Under the pieces are notes generated by a model, which saw nothing but the letters and a program-made list of their open reading frames with translations, did no database searches and was not told the origin of the DNA. The position numbers and the translations under genes are program-made. Below are positions 49,201 through 62,840 of a DNA stretch of 64,000 nucleotides, piece by piece. Source of the stretch: Octopus bimaculoides (taxonomy: Eukaryota); NCBI RefSeq assembly GCF_001194135.2, contig NC_068985.1:41391808-41455807 (forward strand), read 5' to 3'. The first letter of the stretch is position 1; each line of letters begins with the position of its first letter.

Positions 49201-49801
49201 TTTTGTCAAAGATGGAGCTAATTGTCACAGTTGCCTGATATTGCTGATACTAATGCATCGAGTTTCATCACAGAACATCAGAGCACAAATAGGATATGGG
49301 GAAAGTATTTGGTTACAATAGCCTTATTATCAATGAGATTTAGCAGATAACTTTTATGACATATCCCCCACCCGTTACTTCTTTTGTCATTTGATAATTT
49401 CTCTTAAAATCAGTGATATTTGAGGAAAATGGACCTCCATTCTTTTTCCAAAACCTAAAATTCATACATAATATGCAAATTACTACTAGTCAGTTGGATC
49501 GTCTAGTGTCGTCTGCCTATAAACTTTTGCCGTTACGTATATTTTTTTATCCCTTTCATAAGTTATCTTAGCTAAACATAATTTATACGCTTCATTCAGA
49601 GATCATATACAGGAGTTCAAGTTACTGTCTAGTATAGATAACTCTTTTAGGGAGTTAAAATTAGCTTATGAAAGATGTAACATTCATCCTTTAGGACGCA
49701 TGGTAAATTTTTGAGATGTATTCTAGAAAAAATAGCGAATAGCATCCTCGACGAGGAAATACGGTCAGTTTTGTTTTTTACACGAGCCATATGACCGTTG
49801 C

Positions 49802-49868
<67 letters not shown>

Positions 49869-49877
49869 GCCTTAAAT

Positions 49878-50024
49878 CAGTCATGGACAAACTGCGGCCC
49901 ACGGAACTTTCTGAATGGCACGCCTAAACGAAAGATTACCGTGAATCTTTTTACTGGTGCGGCTCGCTCGATGATGGGCCATGTTTTATGCGGCTCGCTT
50001 TTCGATAAAGGTTACCCATGTCTG
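49878..50024. mobile_element. 147-bp hAT-type MITE
   Basis: TIRs CAGTCATGGACAAACT / AGGTTACCCATGTCTG with a perfect 8-bp TSD CCTTAAAT (49870-49877, 50025-50032). Confidence 0.88.
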
Positions 50025-50725
50025 CCTTAAATCATATTTAAACAAAACACTGTATATGTAGATACACCTTGCGGCACACCATTCAAGAACCAACGCTCTA
50101 TCTACTCTCTTGAGGAAAGACCGGAGATAAATGTAGAGTCTTTGATACAATGTATTTGAAAATACTAAAAAAAAAAAATAAAAAATAATAAAACAAACCA
50201 AGATGGCAACGGCGAAAGTGACTTTGATAACATTTCTGTTACATCAGGGCTGAACAAGGGATATAAAACCACCACACCTAAATACAAACAAATATCGACT
50301 ACCACCATCACCACTGGTACCGCCACAATCACCTACCACCTTCACCATTACAATCATCACCACCCCTACTAACAACAACCATAACAAAATAGGCAACAAC
50401 AATAACTACTACAACAACAACAAAAACCTTATTTCAATTAATTTATTAAGTTTTCATAAACATAATTGAGTTTCCTATAATTATATTAAGGAAAATATAT
50501 ACAGCATGGTGTGCAGACACGAAAATGCACACGCGGACATACACGAAGATACGCACTCACACACGCGCGCTCTCAAACTTACACGAAATAGGCATACACA
50601 CATACGTGTGTGTGTGTGTTCATATATATATATATAATTTTTTAATCCATGTATACTTGTGTGTGTGTGTACATATATATATATATATTCAAATACGTGA
50701 ATTATAACGAAACATTTAAACGAAG

Positions 50726-50767
<42 letters not shown>

Positions 50768-51449
50768 CATATACACATTCACACACGTGTACGAAACAAA
50801 CACTCGTTCTCAAACTCACACATGAACTTTTAAACAAACAAAAGAGCAATACCACACATGAAAATATATACACACAAACATTGTTATAATCTCATACATA
50901 CATACATACAACTACAGCGATGCACGCAGAAATTGATGGACAAAGGCAAGATCGCCATATTGATATAATACTGTGTATATCGAAAACGTGTATATATAAT
51001 GTGTTTATCTACAGAGTGTATATAAATCTGATGGATATGGTCTACTTATTTAATTATATAGTCGTGTTTCGTTTATCAGTTTATTCAATTAGATTTTATT
51101 TCCATTTATCAGATCATTATTGTCAATACACGCATGATTCTACCATCTATGGATGTTATCTTTATTTTTTAATTATTTGAATTTTTTTCTATAAAGGGTC
51201 TGGCGTCTAACAAAAAGAAAAAAAACGCCATCACTGGAACTGAAATAATAACAACGCTGCAAAGCCATTAGTTGAATTTTAGAGAAGTCTTGCATTTTTT
51301 CTTTCACTGTTCGGCTGATAGATTATGTCTATAAAGTACTTGAGGGCTGGTAACTTAGTTAAAAACCTCAAGTTTGAGGCAAATGTTTTCTGTGTGTGAA
51401 TGTGTTCCGTAACGTGAATCTTCGTTTTCCGTATTGTACTTCCGATGTA

Positions 51450-51904
51450 ATATTGGTTTCAAATTTTGGCAGAAGGCCAACAAGTTCGGGGTAGAGGGTA
51501 AGGCGATTACATCGACCCCAGTGCACAACTGGTACTTACTTTATCGACCCCGAAAGGATGAAAGGCAGAGTCGACCTTGGCCGAATATGAACTCAGACTG
51601 TCAAGACGGACGAAATGTCTAAGTATTTTGTCCGGCATGCTAACGATTCTGCCATCTCTCCGCCTTAGGCATGTCATGTATTGGTTTCAAATTTTGGCAG
51701 AAGGTCAGCAAGTTTAGGGAACGGGTTAAGTCGATTACATTGACCCCAGCGCTTAACTGGCACTTTTTTTATTTTTATTGATCCGGAATGAGTGAAAGGC
51801 AAAGTCGACCTCGACCGAACATGAACTGAGAACGTAAAGACGGACGAAATACCTCTAAGCATTTCGTCCGGCGGGCTAACGATGCTGTCAGCTCGCCGCT
51901 TTAA
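51450..51904 (-). mobile_element. SINE-B dimer bracketed by a 19-bp direct repeat
   Basis: Two full copies separated by about 11 nt. ACTTCCGA(T/C)GTAATATTGG occurs at 51438-51456 and 51905-51923. Confidence 0.9.
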
Positions 51905-53300
51905 ACTTCCGACGTAATATTGGCCACATTATTACATCCTATGAGAACCGTTAACTTCATCTCCCACCATAGCTGGAACCTGACAGGTACTACTACTCCA
52001 GGTTAGAGAAAAACTGGGAACAATAGTGGCTAAAAGGTGGTTCCGCACTTCTCAAAATACTGGAACTCCTGAACTAGGGCCCCACGACAGGATGCAGTTT
52101 AAGGTCATATTCTGAGTAGTAGCATCTCTCAGCGTCCCAGCTATGAGTTCATTAGCAAACCACGAAATTGCCTTCGCTAGAAGATTACTCATAAACACCC
52201 CAACGGACCTAGGACAAGTGAGGCCCTTCAGTTCTTTAGCAGCTCAGCTAAGTAAAGTAACTCCATACAAATCCTGCATCCTGATAACTACTGACCTCTT
52301 GTATGTTACTTGTTACACGGGATCAATACAGGCTGGAAAGACGAGAGAGTGGGACTGGCTCTGCACAAACCATATCCACTATAATAATATTTATCGTGCA
52401 GGTTGTTCAGGAAACTAAAACAACCAACACTAACACAACATTTCACAAGTCCTGGCGTGGTAGAGAAAGAGACAACGAGGACAGTAGTGGATGCTACTGG
52501 ACGTCTTCAGCTTTGACTCTGTACACAGGCGGCCACAGAGTAAAGGTCATCAGCTGTGTCTTGTTGAACTGTCATCTGTCGAAATAGCGAGAGTTACCAC
52601 GTACGAGGTATATAATGTAAACCCATAAACATGTCCATATAGTTAACAAACCAGTTGGCTACTATGCGTACATTATTATCAAGCAGAGGACAATTCTTAG
52701 ACAGACATTTTCTCGGTGAAATCTCGGAGTACAACAGCAGTGTAACCAGTTCTTCTAAATGGACTACCTGGAACATCGCAACAGTAATTCTGTCGTCAAA
52801 GGGCAACCACTTTAGAAAGCCTGTTTCCGCTGGAACTGTTAACATTCTTTTGGGGGTTATTAAAAGGCCAGTGTCTGGCTGAGGATGTTCGAAAGACTTT
52901 ATCCATTTGTATCATTTACAACTGCTTGGTGTTGGGCGTCCTAACACCTGTTTCACAGTATCTGTTGTTTTTACAGATTTTATCTGTGAGTCGGTGAGTT
53001 CGGGTCTGGTTGGTTGGGATGACCTTTAGTGAGCAATTAAATCCTACAGACAGCTTTTTTCGGTGCTGATATTAACAAATCTCCTTTTTTTTTTTTGTGG
53101 CTTTGAGATGGAAAATGAGTAAAAAATTGAAGGGGAGAAAAGAGGCGAAGAAGACAGAAACGGGGAGAAGGGAGAGAAGAGGAGAGGAGAAATAAGGGGA
53201 GTAGAGAGCGAAGAGAGAAAAGACAAGCAACAAAGAAAGAAAAGTATGGAATATGTGCTATTACGTGTATAATGATATTGAAAGAAAGGGAGAGAGAGGG

Positions 53301-53788
53301 AGGGAGAGAAGGAGAGGGATTGAGAATGAGTGTGTATGTGTAAGAGAGAAAGCGTGTGCGGGAGAGTGTGTGTGTAGGTGTGAGTTAGTAAGACAGAGAA
53401 AGAGAGAGAGAGAGACNNNNNNNNNNNNNNNNNNNNNNNNNNNNNNNNNNNNNNNNNNNNNNNNNNNNNNNNNNNNNNNNNNNNNNNNNNNNNNNNNNNN
53501 NNNNNNNNNNNNNNNNNNNNNNNNNNNNNNNNNNNNNNNNNNNNNNNNNNNNNNNNNNNNNNNNNNNNNNNNNNNNNNNNNNNNNNNNNNNNNNNNNNNN
53601 NNNNNNNNNNNNNNNNNNNNNNNNNNNNNNNNNNNNNNNNNNNNNNNNNNNNNNNNNNNNNNNNNNNNNNNNNNNNNNNNNNNGGAGGGAGAGAAGGAGA
53701 GGGATTGAGAATGAGTGTGTATGTGTAAGAGAGAAAGCGTGTGCGGGAGAGTGTGTGTGTAGGTGTGAGTTAGTAAGACAGAGAAAGA

Positions 53789-53821
<33 letters not shown>

Positions 53822-53945
53822 TGAGTGAGAGAGAAGGAGAGGGATTGAGAATGAGTGTGTATGTGTAAGAGAGAAAGCGTGTGCGAGAGAGTGTATGTGT
53901 AGGTGTGAGTTAGTAAGACAGAGAAAGAGAGAGACAGAGAGAGAG
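53301..53945. repeat. ~130-bp GA/GT-rich minisatellite, at least three units, spanning a gap
   Basis: GAGAGAAGGAGAGGGATTGAGAATGAGTGTGTATGTGTAAGAGAGAAAGCGTGTGCG...GTGAGTTAGTAAGACAGAG appears three times. Confidence 0.9.
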
Positions 53946-54164
53946 AGAGGGGGGGGGAGAACACTCGAAAGAAAAGATCACTTGAACCACATCTGGAGTC
54001 GTCAGGTTTGGTAAGTAATATTGTGTTCTTGTCAAATTTATAAACACGGAAACGTCTACGCATGAATATAATAATAAAAAACCTATGATGATGATGATGA
54101 TGATGATCATGATCATGATCATCATCATCATCATCATCAACAATACCAGCAACAACAACAAATG

Positions 54165-54234
<70 letters not shown>
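54165..54234. repeat. (CTA)n microsatellite
   Basis: Visible tandem run. Confidence 0.95.
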
Positions 54235-54483
54235 GCTTTCTGCGCAATCCTCTTCTAGTTCTATTATCACAACCTATACAGCACATGCACAACCAGAATC
54301 TGCGAGTAAACAAGAACAGGACTGAAAAACAGGGCGAACAAAGAGTCATGCAACGCCCATTCCGATACGATTCGTCATTGCATGCTGGGGTGTTCAGTGT
54401 GGTTGTTGAGCAGACAGAGATATGGGAGCAGAACCATGTAGGTTGCATATCATCGCTTGACCGACAACCTCATCGGCACAGGA

Positions 54484-54495
54484 CTGATTGGTCAA
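54484..54495. promoter_or_regulatory. candidate NF-Y CCAAT box (CTGATTGGTCAA)
   Basis: Matches the extended NF-Y consensus in a non-repeat island; motif match only. Confidence 0.25.
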
Positions 54496-54990
54496 GGCTG
54501 ACAGGGAGCCACAACAACAACAAAAGCAACGTCAACAACAGCCACAACGGCAACAATAAAAAGTAAAGTTTCGGAAATATCGATGACAATTCAAAGCGAA
54601 CAAGATCTGGGAGAGAAAGGCTTTCAGTGCAGCAAAATCAAAAGGGAGGCTGCAACGCCAACTGCTCTCCTGACCATCAGGACAGCTCAAAGTCGAGATC
54701 AGTGGAAAAAAAAGTCGTCGATGGCCCATGCGCCATAGGCAGCGAAAGGCTTAAGTAAATACCTTGGACTATGGATAGTGGCCTTGGTGATCGGGGTCAT
54801 CATGGAACTGTGGGGTTCTTTGAGTGACTTGAACTGGAACTTCTCTTCTATCAGGACGACTGTATCATTTGTAGGTTCCTATATTTTGTATACTATTTAT
54901 ATTTCTCGTCTCATTACTTCCCTACTCCCTTTTTATATAACCCCCACTCCTATACACAATTTGTAATGTCCTCCTCATCCGGTACATAAA

Positions 54991-55034
<44 letters not shown>

Positions 55035-55914
55035 GATAGTATTAGTAGCAGCAGCAGTAGTAATAGCTGCAGTAGCAGTAGTAGTAGCAGTAACAGTAGC
55101 AACACCAGCAACAGCAACAGCAGCAGCAGCAGCAGCAGCTGCAACAGCAGCAGTAGTAGTTCGGATAAATAAATGGAAGTCTTTAATATATCTTCTGATA
55201 TTATGTTGTTCTGTTTTCTTTTTTTATCTATTTATTCATTTATATACATATTTATTATATTCAATCATTCATTTTGGTGGTGGTGCTGGTGGTGGTTGGG
55301 GGGGAAATTTTGCCAGAAATTCTCCAAGGGGAATTCCCAACTGCCATCCAGTTAATTAGAAACATTATTATTAATATGGCTTTGTCGTACAAAGGTGTGT
55401 TTGTTGTGGTTACAACGCCTCTACCAATGGCTGCCGTCATTCAAACTTCTCAATCACCAATGACCTTCTTCCTCTCTTTCTTCCGCACTCACTTTCTTCC
55501 ACTTTTCTTCAGTTCCTTCCCTCGCTCCATCTCTCCGTCTCTCCGTCTCTCTCTCTCTCTCCCTCTCTCTCTATCTCTCTCTCTGTCTTTTACTCTCCTC
55601 TCTTTTTCTTTCTATCTTCTTTGCTTTATGTCTCGTGTTTTCTTTTTTTTTCTTTTTATACTTTTTGTCTCTTTATCTTCCCTTTTTATCCAGGCTTCTT
55701 TATCTTTCTTCTGTGTTCTTCTTGGCATATTTGCTGGATTGTAAACCAAGGATGAGGGCTAGTTGATCAAATCTTCCTTCAAACAACAAATTACATTGCT
55801 GAAACATAATTATTATAATTATAAACTAATTATATTGGATTGGCGAATAATTAGACCGTTAAGCAAAATGCAGCGCGGTATTTACTCCGGCTCTTTACGT
55901 TCTAAGTTCAAATC

Positions 55915-56092
55915 CTCTTTTACTTGTTTCAGTCATTTGACTGCGGCCATGTTGGAGCACCGCCTTTAGTCGAGCAAATCGACCCTCAAGACTTCTTCTT
56001 TGTAAGCCTAGTACTCATTCTATCGGTCTCTTTTGCCGAACCACGAAGTTACGGGGACGTAAACACACCAGCATCGGTTGTCAAGCGTTGTT

Positions 56093-56127
<35 letters not shown>

Positions 56128-56302
56128 TATACATATATACGACGGGTTTCTTTCAGTTTCCGTCTACCAAATCCACTCACAAGGCTTTGGTCGGTCCGAG
56201 GCTATAGTAGAAGACACTTGCCTAAGGTGCCACGCAGTGGGACTGAACCCGGAACCATGTGGCTAGTAAGCAAGCTACCTACCACACAGCCACTCCTGCG
56301 CC
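55915..56302 (-). mobile_element. SINE family A, full length, inserted into a SINE-B head (55855-55915)
   Basis: High similarity to 229-654; the preceding sequence matches the SINE-B 5' part up to GTTCAAATC. Confidence 0.9.
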
Positions 56303-56454
56303 TGCTAAAGTAAACTTTACCTTTCATCACTACGAGGTCGATAAGATACAGTGTGGTTCTTAGGTAGAGAGCAATACAGGGCAACTGAGGTAGAAATAAT
56401 TAACTATACTCCTATCCCCAAACTGGTATTTTTGTGTCTTATGCTAAAAACAAT

Positions 56455-57066
56455 AAGGATGGTTGCTTGATAGAATCATTAAAGCGACGTGGGGTGAGAA
56501 GCCTTGCGGTATTTATTTCGACTCTTTATGTTTTGGATTCAAATCCCGCCGGGGTCGACTTTGTGTTTCATTTTCCTGGATCGTTAAAATAATGTACTAG
56601 TCATATCCCGCAAAATTGTAACCTTGTGCCCATCTTAGAATCTATCATAATTATATTGGTATCAAATTTTGGCACCAGGCCAGCAATTTAGAGGAGGGAG
56701 TAAGTCGATTACATCGACCTCAGTACTCAACTGGTACTGACTTTATCGACCCGGAAAGGATGAAAGGTAAAATCAACCTCGGCGGATTTTGAACTCAGAA
56801 CGCAAAGACGGATGAAATGCCATTAAGCATTTTGTCCTGCTTGCTAGCGATTCTGTTGTACTCAATGTACAAGGCCTGAAATTTTGGGGGTGGGGGCCAG
56901 TCGATTAGATCGACTCCAGCACGCAACTGATAATAAATTTATGGACCCCGAAATGATGAGAGGCAAAGTCGACCACGGCGAAATTTGAACTCAGAACATA
57001 AAGACAGACGAAATGCCGTTAAGCACATTGCCTGGCTTGCTAGTGATTCTGCCAGCTCGCTGCCTT
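56455..57066. mobile_element. SINE-B cluster: one plus-strand copy (56455-56640) and two minus-strand copies (56655-56855, 56862-57066)
   Basis: Bodies match the family; tail-to-tail inverted arrangement at about 56645. Confidence 0.85.
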
Positions 57067-57277
57067 AGAAACTAATTTAATATTATATTCTCCTTTGTTC
57101 TTACTTCCTTACAGTGTTTTGTTCAAATATTGAGATAGATATTCTAGACCATATATTCAAATAAATACGCGCGCATGCCGGCATCCATACACATATATAT
57201 ATGCGCGCGCACACATACACGTACACAGAAGCACATGCCGAGTTAAAGACAGCCATACACACACACGCGCGCACACA

Positions 57278-57310
<33 letters not shown>

Positions 57311-57389
57311 CGTATACAAATCAGCCGGAAACTCCGAGCAGCAGCGAAATAGTGAAGATTAGTTACCAACAAATGAATATATTAGTATA

Positions 57390-57446
57390 CTACTACTACT
57401 ACTACTACTGTTGCTGCTGCTACTGCTGCTGCTGCTACTGCTGCTG

Positions 57447-57480
<34 letters not shown>

Positions 57481-57512
57481 CACTACTACTACTACTGCTG
57501 CTGCTACTTACT
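57390..57512. repeat. (CTA)/(CTG) microsatellite
   Basis: Visible tandem runs. Confidence 0.95.
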
Positions 57513-58291
57513 ACATAAGTAGCACGCCTTCAAACGCAAGAATACTCAATACCAAGTTAGGAAACCGAAAGTATGTATTAGTGGAAATACACTTTTGAAA
57601 ACCGAATCTAACAGATCAGCGGTAAAATAGATTAAAGCAGGACTTAAAGATTTAAAGATTTAAAGTTGAATATCTTGGCAAACAGCTATTGATGCTGAGA
57701 TGCCGTTAAGATCGTTTTGATGCCTCCATGTGGTTTAAATATTAACTCACATTATTAAATCTTGTCAAATGTNNNNNNNNNNNNNNNNNNNNNNNNNNNN
57801 NNNNNNNNNNNNNNNNNNNNNNNNNNNNNNNNNNNNNNNNNNNNNNNNNNNNNNNNNNNNNNNNNNNNNNNNNNNNNNNNNNNNNNNNNNNNNNNNNNNN
57901 NNNNNNNNNNNNNNNNNNNNNNNNNNNNNNNNNNNNNNNNNNNNNNNNNNNNNNNNNNNNNNNNNNNNNNNNNNNNNNNNNNNNNNNNNNNNNNNNNNNN
58001 NNNNNNNNNNNNNNNNNNNNNNNNNNNNNNNNNNNNNNNNNNNNNNNNNNNNNNNNNNNNNNNNNNNNNNNNNNNNNNNNNNNNNNNNNNNNNNNNNNNN
58101 NNNNNNNNNNNNNNNNNNNNNNNNNNNNNNNNNNNNNNNNNNNNNNNNNNNNNNNNNNNNNNNNNNNNNNNNNNNNNNNNNNNNNNNNNNNNNNNNNNNN
58201 NNNNNNNNNNNNNNNNNNNNNNNNNNNNNNNNNNNNNNNNNNNNNNNNNNNNNNNNNNNNNNNNNNNNNNNNNNNNNNNNNNNNNNNNNNN

Positions 58292-59531
58292 ACCAAAATT
58301 ACATAAAAGTATCTTGAAATATAAAGGAGTAAATTTATTCAAAATCGCCAATGATTTCAACCACAGCCTCCAGACAACTTCGGAATCTCCTGCAATTCTT
58401 CTGGACGGTCTCCCTCTTTAAGTTGGTGAATGCTGCCATAATCCTTTCTTTCAGTTAATCTTTGATGTTACAAGGAGTTTTGTTGGTCTCTCGCTCAACT
58501 GTGCCCCACACATAAATAATCAAGGGAGTTGCAGTCTGGGGAGTTAGTGGCCAGATGTTACGGGTGATGTGGTCGCAGAAATTGTCTGACAGGCATGACT
58601 GAGTTCTCCTGCTTATGTGGCATAGTACAGAGTCTTGTTGCCAGTCATAGAGTCTTCCAGCTGCCACCATCTTGACCCAGGGCAGCACTACCTCCTCCAG
58701 GCACATGATGTAGGTCTTTGTGTTGAGTCTGAGGCCGTGTGGGAAGATGAATCGAGGCATAACGTCTCCATCACTAGTGATCACTCCAAATACCATGATG
58801 TTGACTGGATGTTTGATATTTATCACTCTCGGTACATGTTTTGGGTACACGACAAGCCAACGGTTGTTCTGTGTTCATCTTCTGATCCCGGCAGAAATTT
58901 TTCTCGTCTGAGAAAAACCAAAGCATGTTCGGTTGGAGGGAATGCTCGAGTTTGTTCAAAAGCTTCTTAGCACTGNNNNNNNNNNCTCGAGTTTGTTCAA
59001 AAGCTTCTTAGCACTGTCTTGAACTCTTGTCCTTGATATCTTGAGATAAAGATTGGCCCTTTCTCATTTGGTATGAGAAATACCGAATGTCTTCATGCAT
59101 TACCTGTCTGATAAGAAACTTAGACACTCCCATGTCCCTGGCGATGGACCTGATTAACTTCGAGAGATCGTTGTCAATCATGGCCTGGATGTCTTTTCGT
59201 ATCAGAATGATCAAAGTGAGTTTTTCGTGCAGTCGTACCTTCGTAATCACCATTAGACTCATCCAACTCTTGCCTAATCCCCTGCATTGTCCTCAGATTG
59301 ACACCCAAACACTCTGAGATGTTCGTATTGGAGCTTCTGGCGCGAATGCCAAGCAGTGCAGCATGTCGATTCCAAATTTGTGGCAGAGTTAATTGCGTCA
59401 TGGTGCTGTTTTTCACACAGACAGTACCCAACTGACCCTACTATACTGTGTAGTCGACAAAATCAATAACAAACAATGCGCATGAACGAAATAAAAAATA
59501 TAAATGGCGACAATTTACCCATCGCACTCTG
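58292..59531 (-). mobile_element. maT-like (DD37D) transposon, near full length, 3' TIR in the gap
   Basis: 5' TIR CAGAGTGCGATGGGTAAATTGTCGCC, N-terminal HTH remnants and WFFSDEKNF. WQQDS...N.LD has 37 residues between the last two Asp once one frameshift is corrected. Confidence 0.9.
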
Positions 59532-59546
59532 TGTGTATACACATAT

Positions 59547-59600
<54 letters not shown>

Positions 59601-59612
59601 ACATACATATAT

Positions 59613-59994
59613 AAACTTTGATTTGTTTCGGTCATCTGACCGCGGCCATGCTGGAGTACCGCCTTTAGTTGAACAAATCAACCCCAGGACTTACTCTTTG
59701 TAAGCCTAGTACTTATTCTATCGGTCTCTTTTGCCGAGCCGCTAGTGTTACGGGGACGTAAACTCAGCAATATCGGTTGTCAAGTGATGGTGGGGGGACA
59801 GATGCACAAACACACACACACACACACACACATACGACGGGCTTCTTACAGTTTCCGCCTACCAAATCCACTCACAAGGCTTTAGTCGGCTCGAGGCTAT
59901 AGTAGAAAGCACTTGCCCAAGGTGCCACACAGTGGGACTGAACCCGGAACCATGTGGTTGGTAAGCAAGCTACTTATCACACAGCCACTCCTGC
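59613..59994 (-). mobile_element. SINE family A, full length
   Basis: Matches 229-654 and 55915-56302. Confidence 0.9.
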
Positions 59995-60121
59995 ATAATC
60001 TATTTTTCTGTTTGCATTAGTGAAACCCGAAGTAGTGTAAAATATTGGGTTAAAAACGTTTTGGACAGAAAAGTTGAAGGCTACCCGTCAACACAGACAC
60101 AGAGACACACACACACACACA

Positions 60122-60188
<67 letters not shown>

Positions 60189-60997
60189 NNNNNNNNNNAC
60201 GCACACACGCACACACACACACACACACATACACATACATACACATACATACATGTGTGTGTGTGTGTGTGAGTGTGTGTGTGTGAGTATGCACATTTGT
60301 TGTATGTTAAAGATGGTACCTACCGAGAAACTCTGAGTAATAATGGAATTATTCGTCAGGAATACACTCTATGTGATGTGTTGCTATTTTTTTTTATTCT
60401 TCGACTGGTTTCAATAATCGGACTGCAGCCATGCTAGGCTTCTGCTACTAGAGTCTAAATCTGCAAGGGCTTTTGCTGGAATGGAATGCTTTGATGAAAC
60501 GCATTGCAAGATGAGATTTAACCTGGGAGTGGTGGTGGTAATTTTGGTGGTGGGAAGTTAAAGCACAACAAAAACCATGCCTAAAACCCTGCTTCCAGTT
60601 CTTGAAACAAGTTCTCTATATCACTTCATTTTCTCTGCTATCCCACCCTCGAGGAAACGTGAAAATGAAAATATCCCATTTATTTCCTTACCTAAAAGAC
60701 ATAAAGGCCTTGTTTCTACTCAAAAGAACTAATATTTAGACAAGCATATTTTTCAACATAACATCGAGTTATGTTATTCTTTTACGAAACACATTCCAAA
60801 GATGACTATACATGCATGTACACATATATGCATGCTTATTTACATACATACTAAACATACATATGTATGTTTGTGTATGTATACATATACATATATATAT
60901 ATATATATATATAATACAAAGGATATATGAGCATATGCATGTATACATACATATATGTACATACCTACAAAAAAAACATGGACAAAAAAGGAATATA

Positions 60998-61033
<36 letters not shown>

Positions 61034-62785
61034 TGTATATGTATATAAATTAAGCAGAAAATGGGCAAAATTGTTGCCTGTATCCTATGAGCATAGTATG
61101 CTTTGCATATGCATACTCAGGATTAACATAGGTACTTTATACCGGTAGTAAAAACGGATATTTTTATCCTTTAAACGATTATTCCAACTTTATCGATATA
61201 TATATATATATATATATNNNNNNNNNNNNNNNNNNNNNNNNNNNNNNNNNNNNNNNNNNNNNNNNNNNNNNNNNNNNNNNNNNNNNNNNNNNNNNNNNNN
61301 NNNNNNNNNNNNNNNNNNNNNNNNNNNNNNNNNNNNNNNNNNNNNNNNNNNNNNNNNNNNNNNNNNNNNNNNNNNNNNNNNNNNNNNNNNNNNNNNNNNN
61401 NNNNNNNNNNNNNNNNNNNNNNNNNNNNNNNNNNNNNNNNNNNNNNNNNNNNNNNNNNNNNNNNNNNNNNNNNNNNNTATATATATATATATCGATAAAG
61501 TTGTTACATCGATAAAGTTTTGTAACCCATACAGGGATGGGTCACAAAATTGCAAGCTCTGTTTTGTAGCAAAGTTCAAGATATGAACGCCGTCATATTG
61601 TAATAGAGTTGCCCTGATGACCTCAGGCTTGGACTCAGTAGTTACGCTTTGCAGCAAAGTAATCTATTGAACTTTAGCCGCTAACACATAATGGCGGCGA
61701 ATGTTGAATATTTTGGCAACTACAATCCCTCATGACCAATGAAATTCGGTCAATATAGTTCTTTGCACATATACCCTTTTATAATATATATTATGGCCAA
61801 CGGATCACATGCATAGTCTATCTATGAGAAACTCCTACAATGGAATGGAACACCAGCTGTTTCCCAGTGACTACAAACTCTACACCATGTGTATTGAGCA
61901 CTCACTTATTTTGTTTATATACTTAAAAGTATTACATGTGCGAGCGCACACACACTCATACATACACACACAAGCACACACACACCACATACACACATGC
62001 ATACGTACAAATGCATGTGTGTATGTGTGTATAAACGAGAAAGTTCGTTAAAAATGAACGACAAAATGACTGAGATTTAAAAAAGAAGACATATCCATTA
62101 ACCCCAGATTATCCCTGCTCGAGTATATCTGTAATGAAAGACGCCCTCGTCATGATCATCTCTTACTTACTTTTGTGATCTCCGACGGCGTTGACATAGT
62201 CAAGGCATTCTTCATTCCTTTCTTAAGCGTGTCTAGAGTGTGACCTCATTTAAAGTGAAGAACGAACTTTGAGTCATTTGTCATCCTCACAACTGAGCCC
62301 TAATCAGAAGGCTCACAGCAGAGTCTGGTAAAAGTACACAAGGGCCAGGTGGTGATATTAAAACGGTGCAACGTATTAAGTCTACTATCCAAGACAAGGT
62401 ACAATTCAATCCAAGGTTTCTACCTACCTAATTTCACTTATAACGCATTGTTTGACCCCCGGGTATGGTAGAAGACATTTGGTCAAATAATTCTGCAGTG
62501 GGATACAGAGTTTTAGTCAAAACATTGCGCTTCGAATTGACGAAAATGAATCATTACTTATTAGCGGTTAATGCAAATATGGCATTTCGTAAAATTTTGT
62601 TTCTTGTAGAAGATATATTTTTTCTGCCTAATATATGTCTGGCTTGAATTATTGTGTTGTTGTTATTGAGACCAAGCAGAATGTGAGGCATATTACATCT
62701 CATCTAAAACGGGCTCAAACAATGTGCATGTGTGTATGTATGTGTGTGTGCATGTATGTATGTGTGTGCAAGTATGTGTGCGAAT

Positions 62786-62840
<55 letters not shown>

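Noticed and set aside
52594-52882. ORFs with LKWLPFDDRI (L2/Crack-like) or WNIATV (APE-like) motifs
   Set aside because: The similarity is limited to a few residues with no supporting neighbouring motifs; left unassigned.
54739-54966. Hydrophobic ORF YLGLWIVALVIGVIMELW as a transmembrane exon
   Set aside because: There is no polypyrimidine acceptor, no strong donor and no recognisable family.
2363-58421. Long ORFs of 150-450 aa in the ORF track
   Set aside because: They are mostly X residues translated through N gaps and carry no coding information.
58945-59020. Duplicated CTCGAGTTTGTTCAAAAGCTTCTTAGCACTG around an 11-N gap
   Set aside because: This is an overlap of contig ends, a scaffolding artefact.
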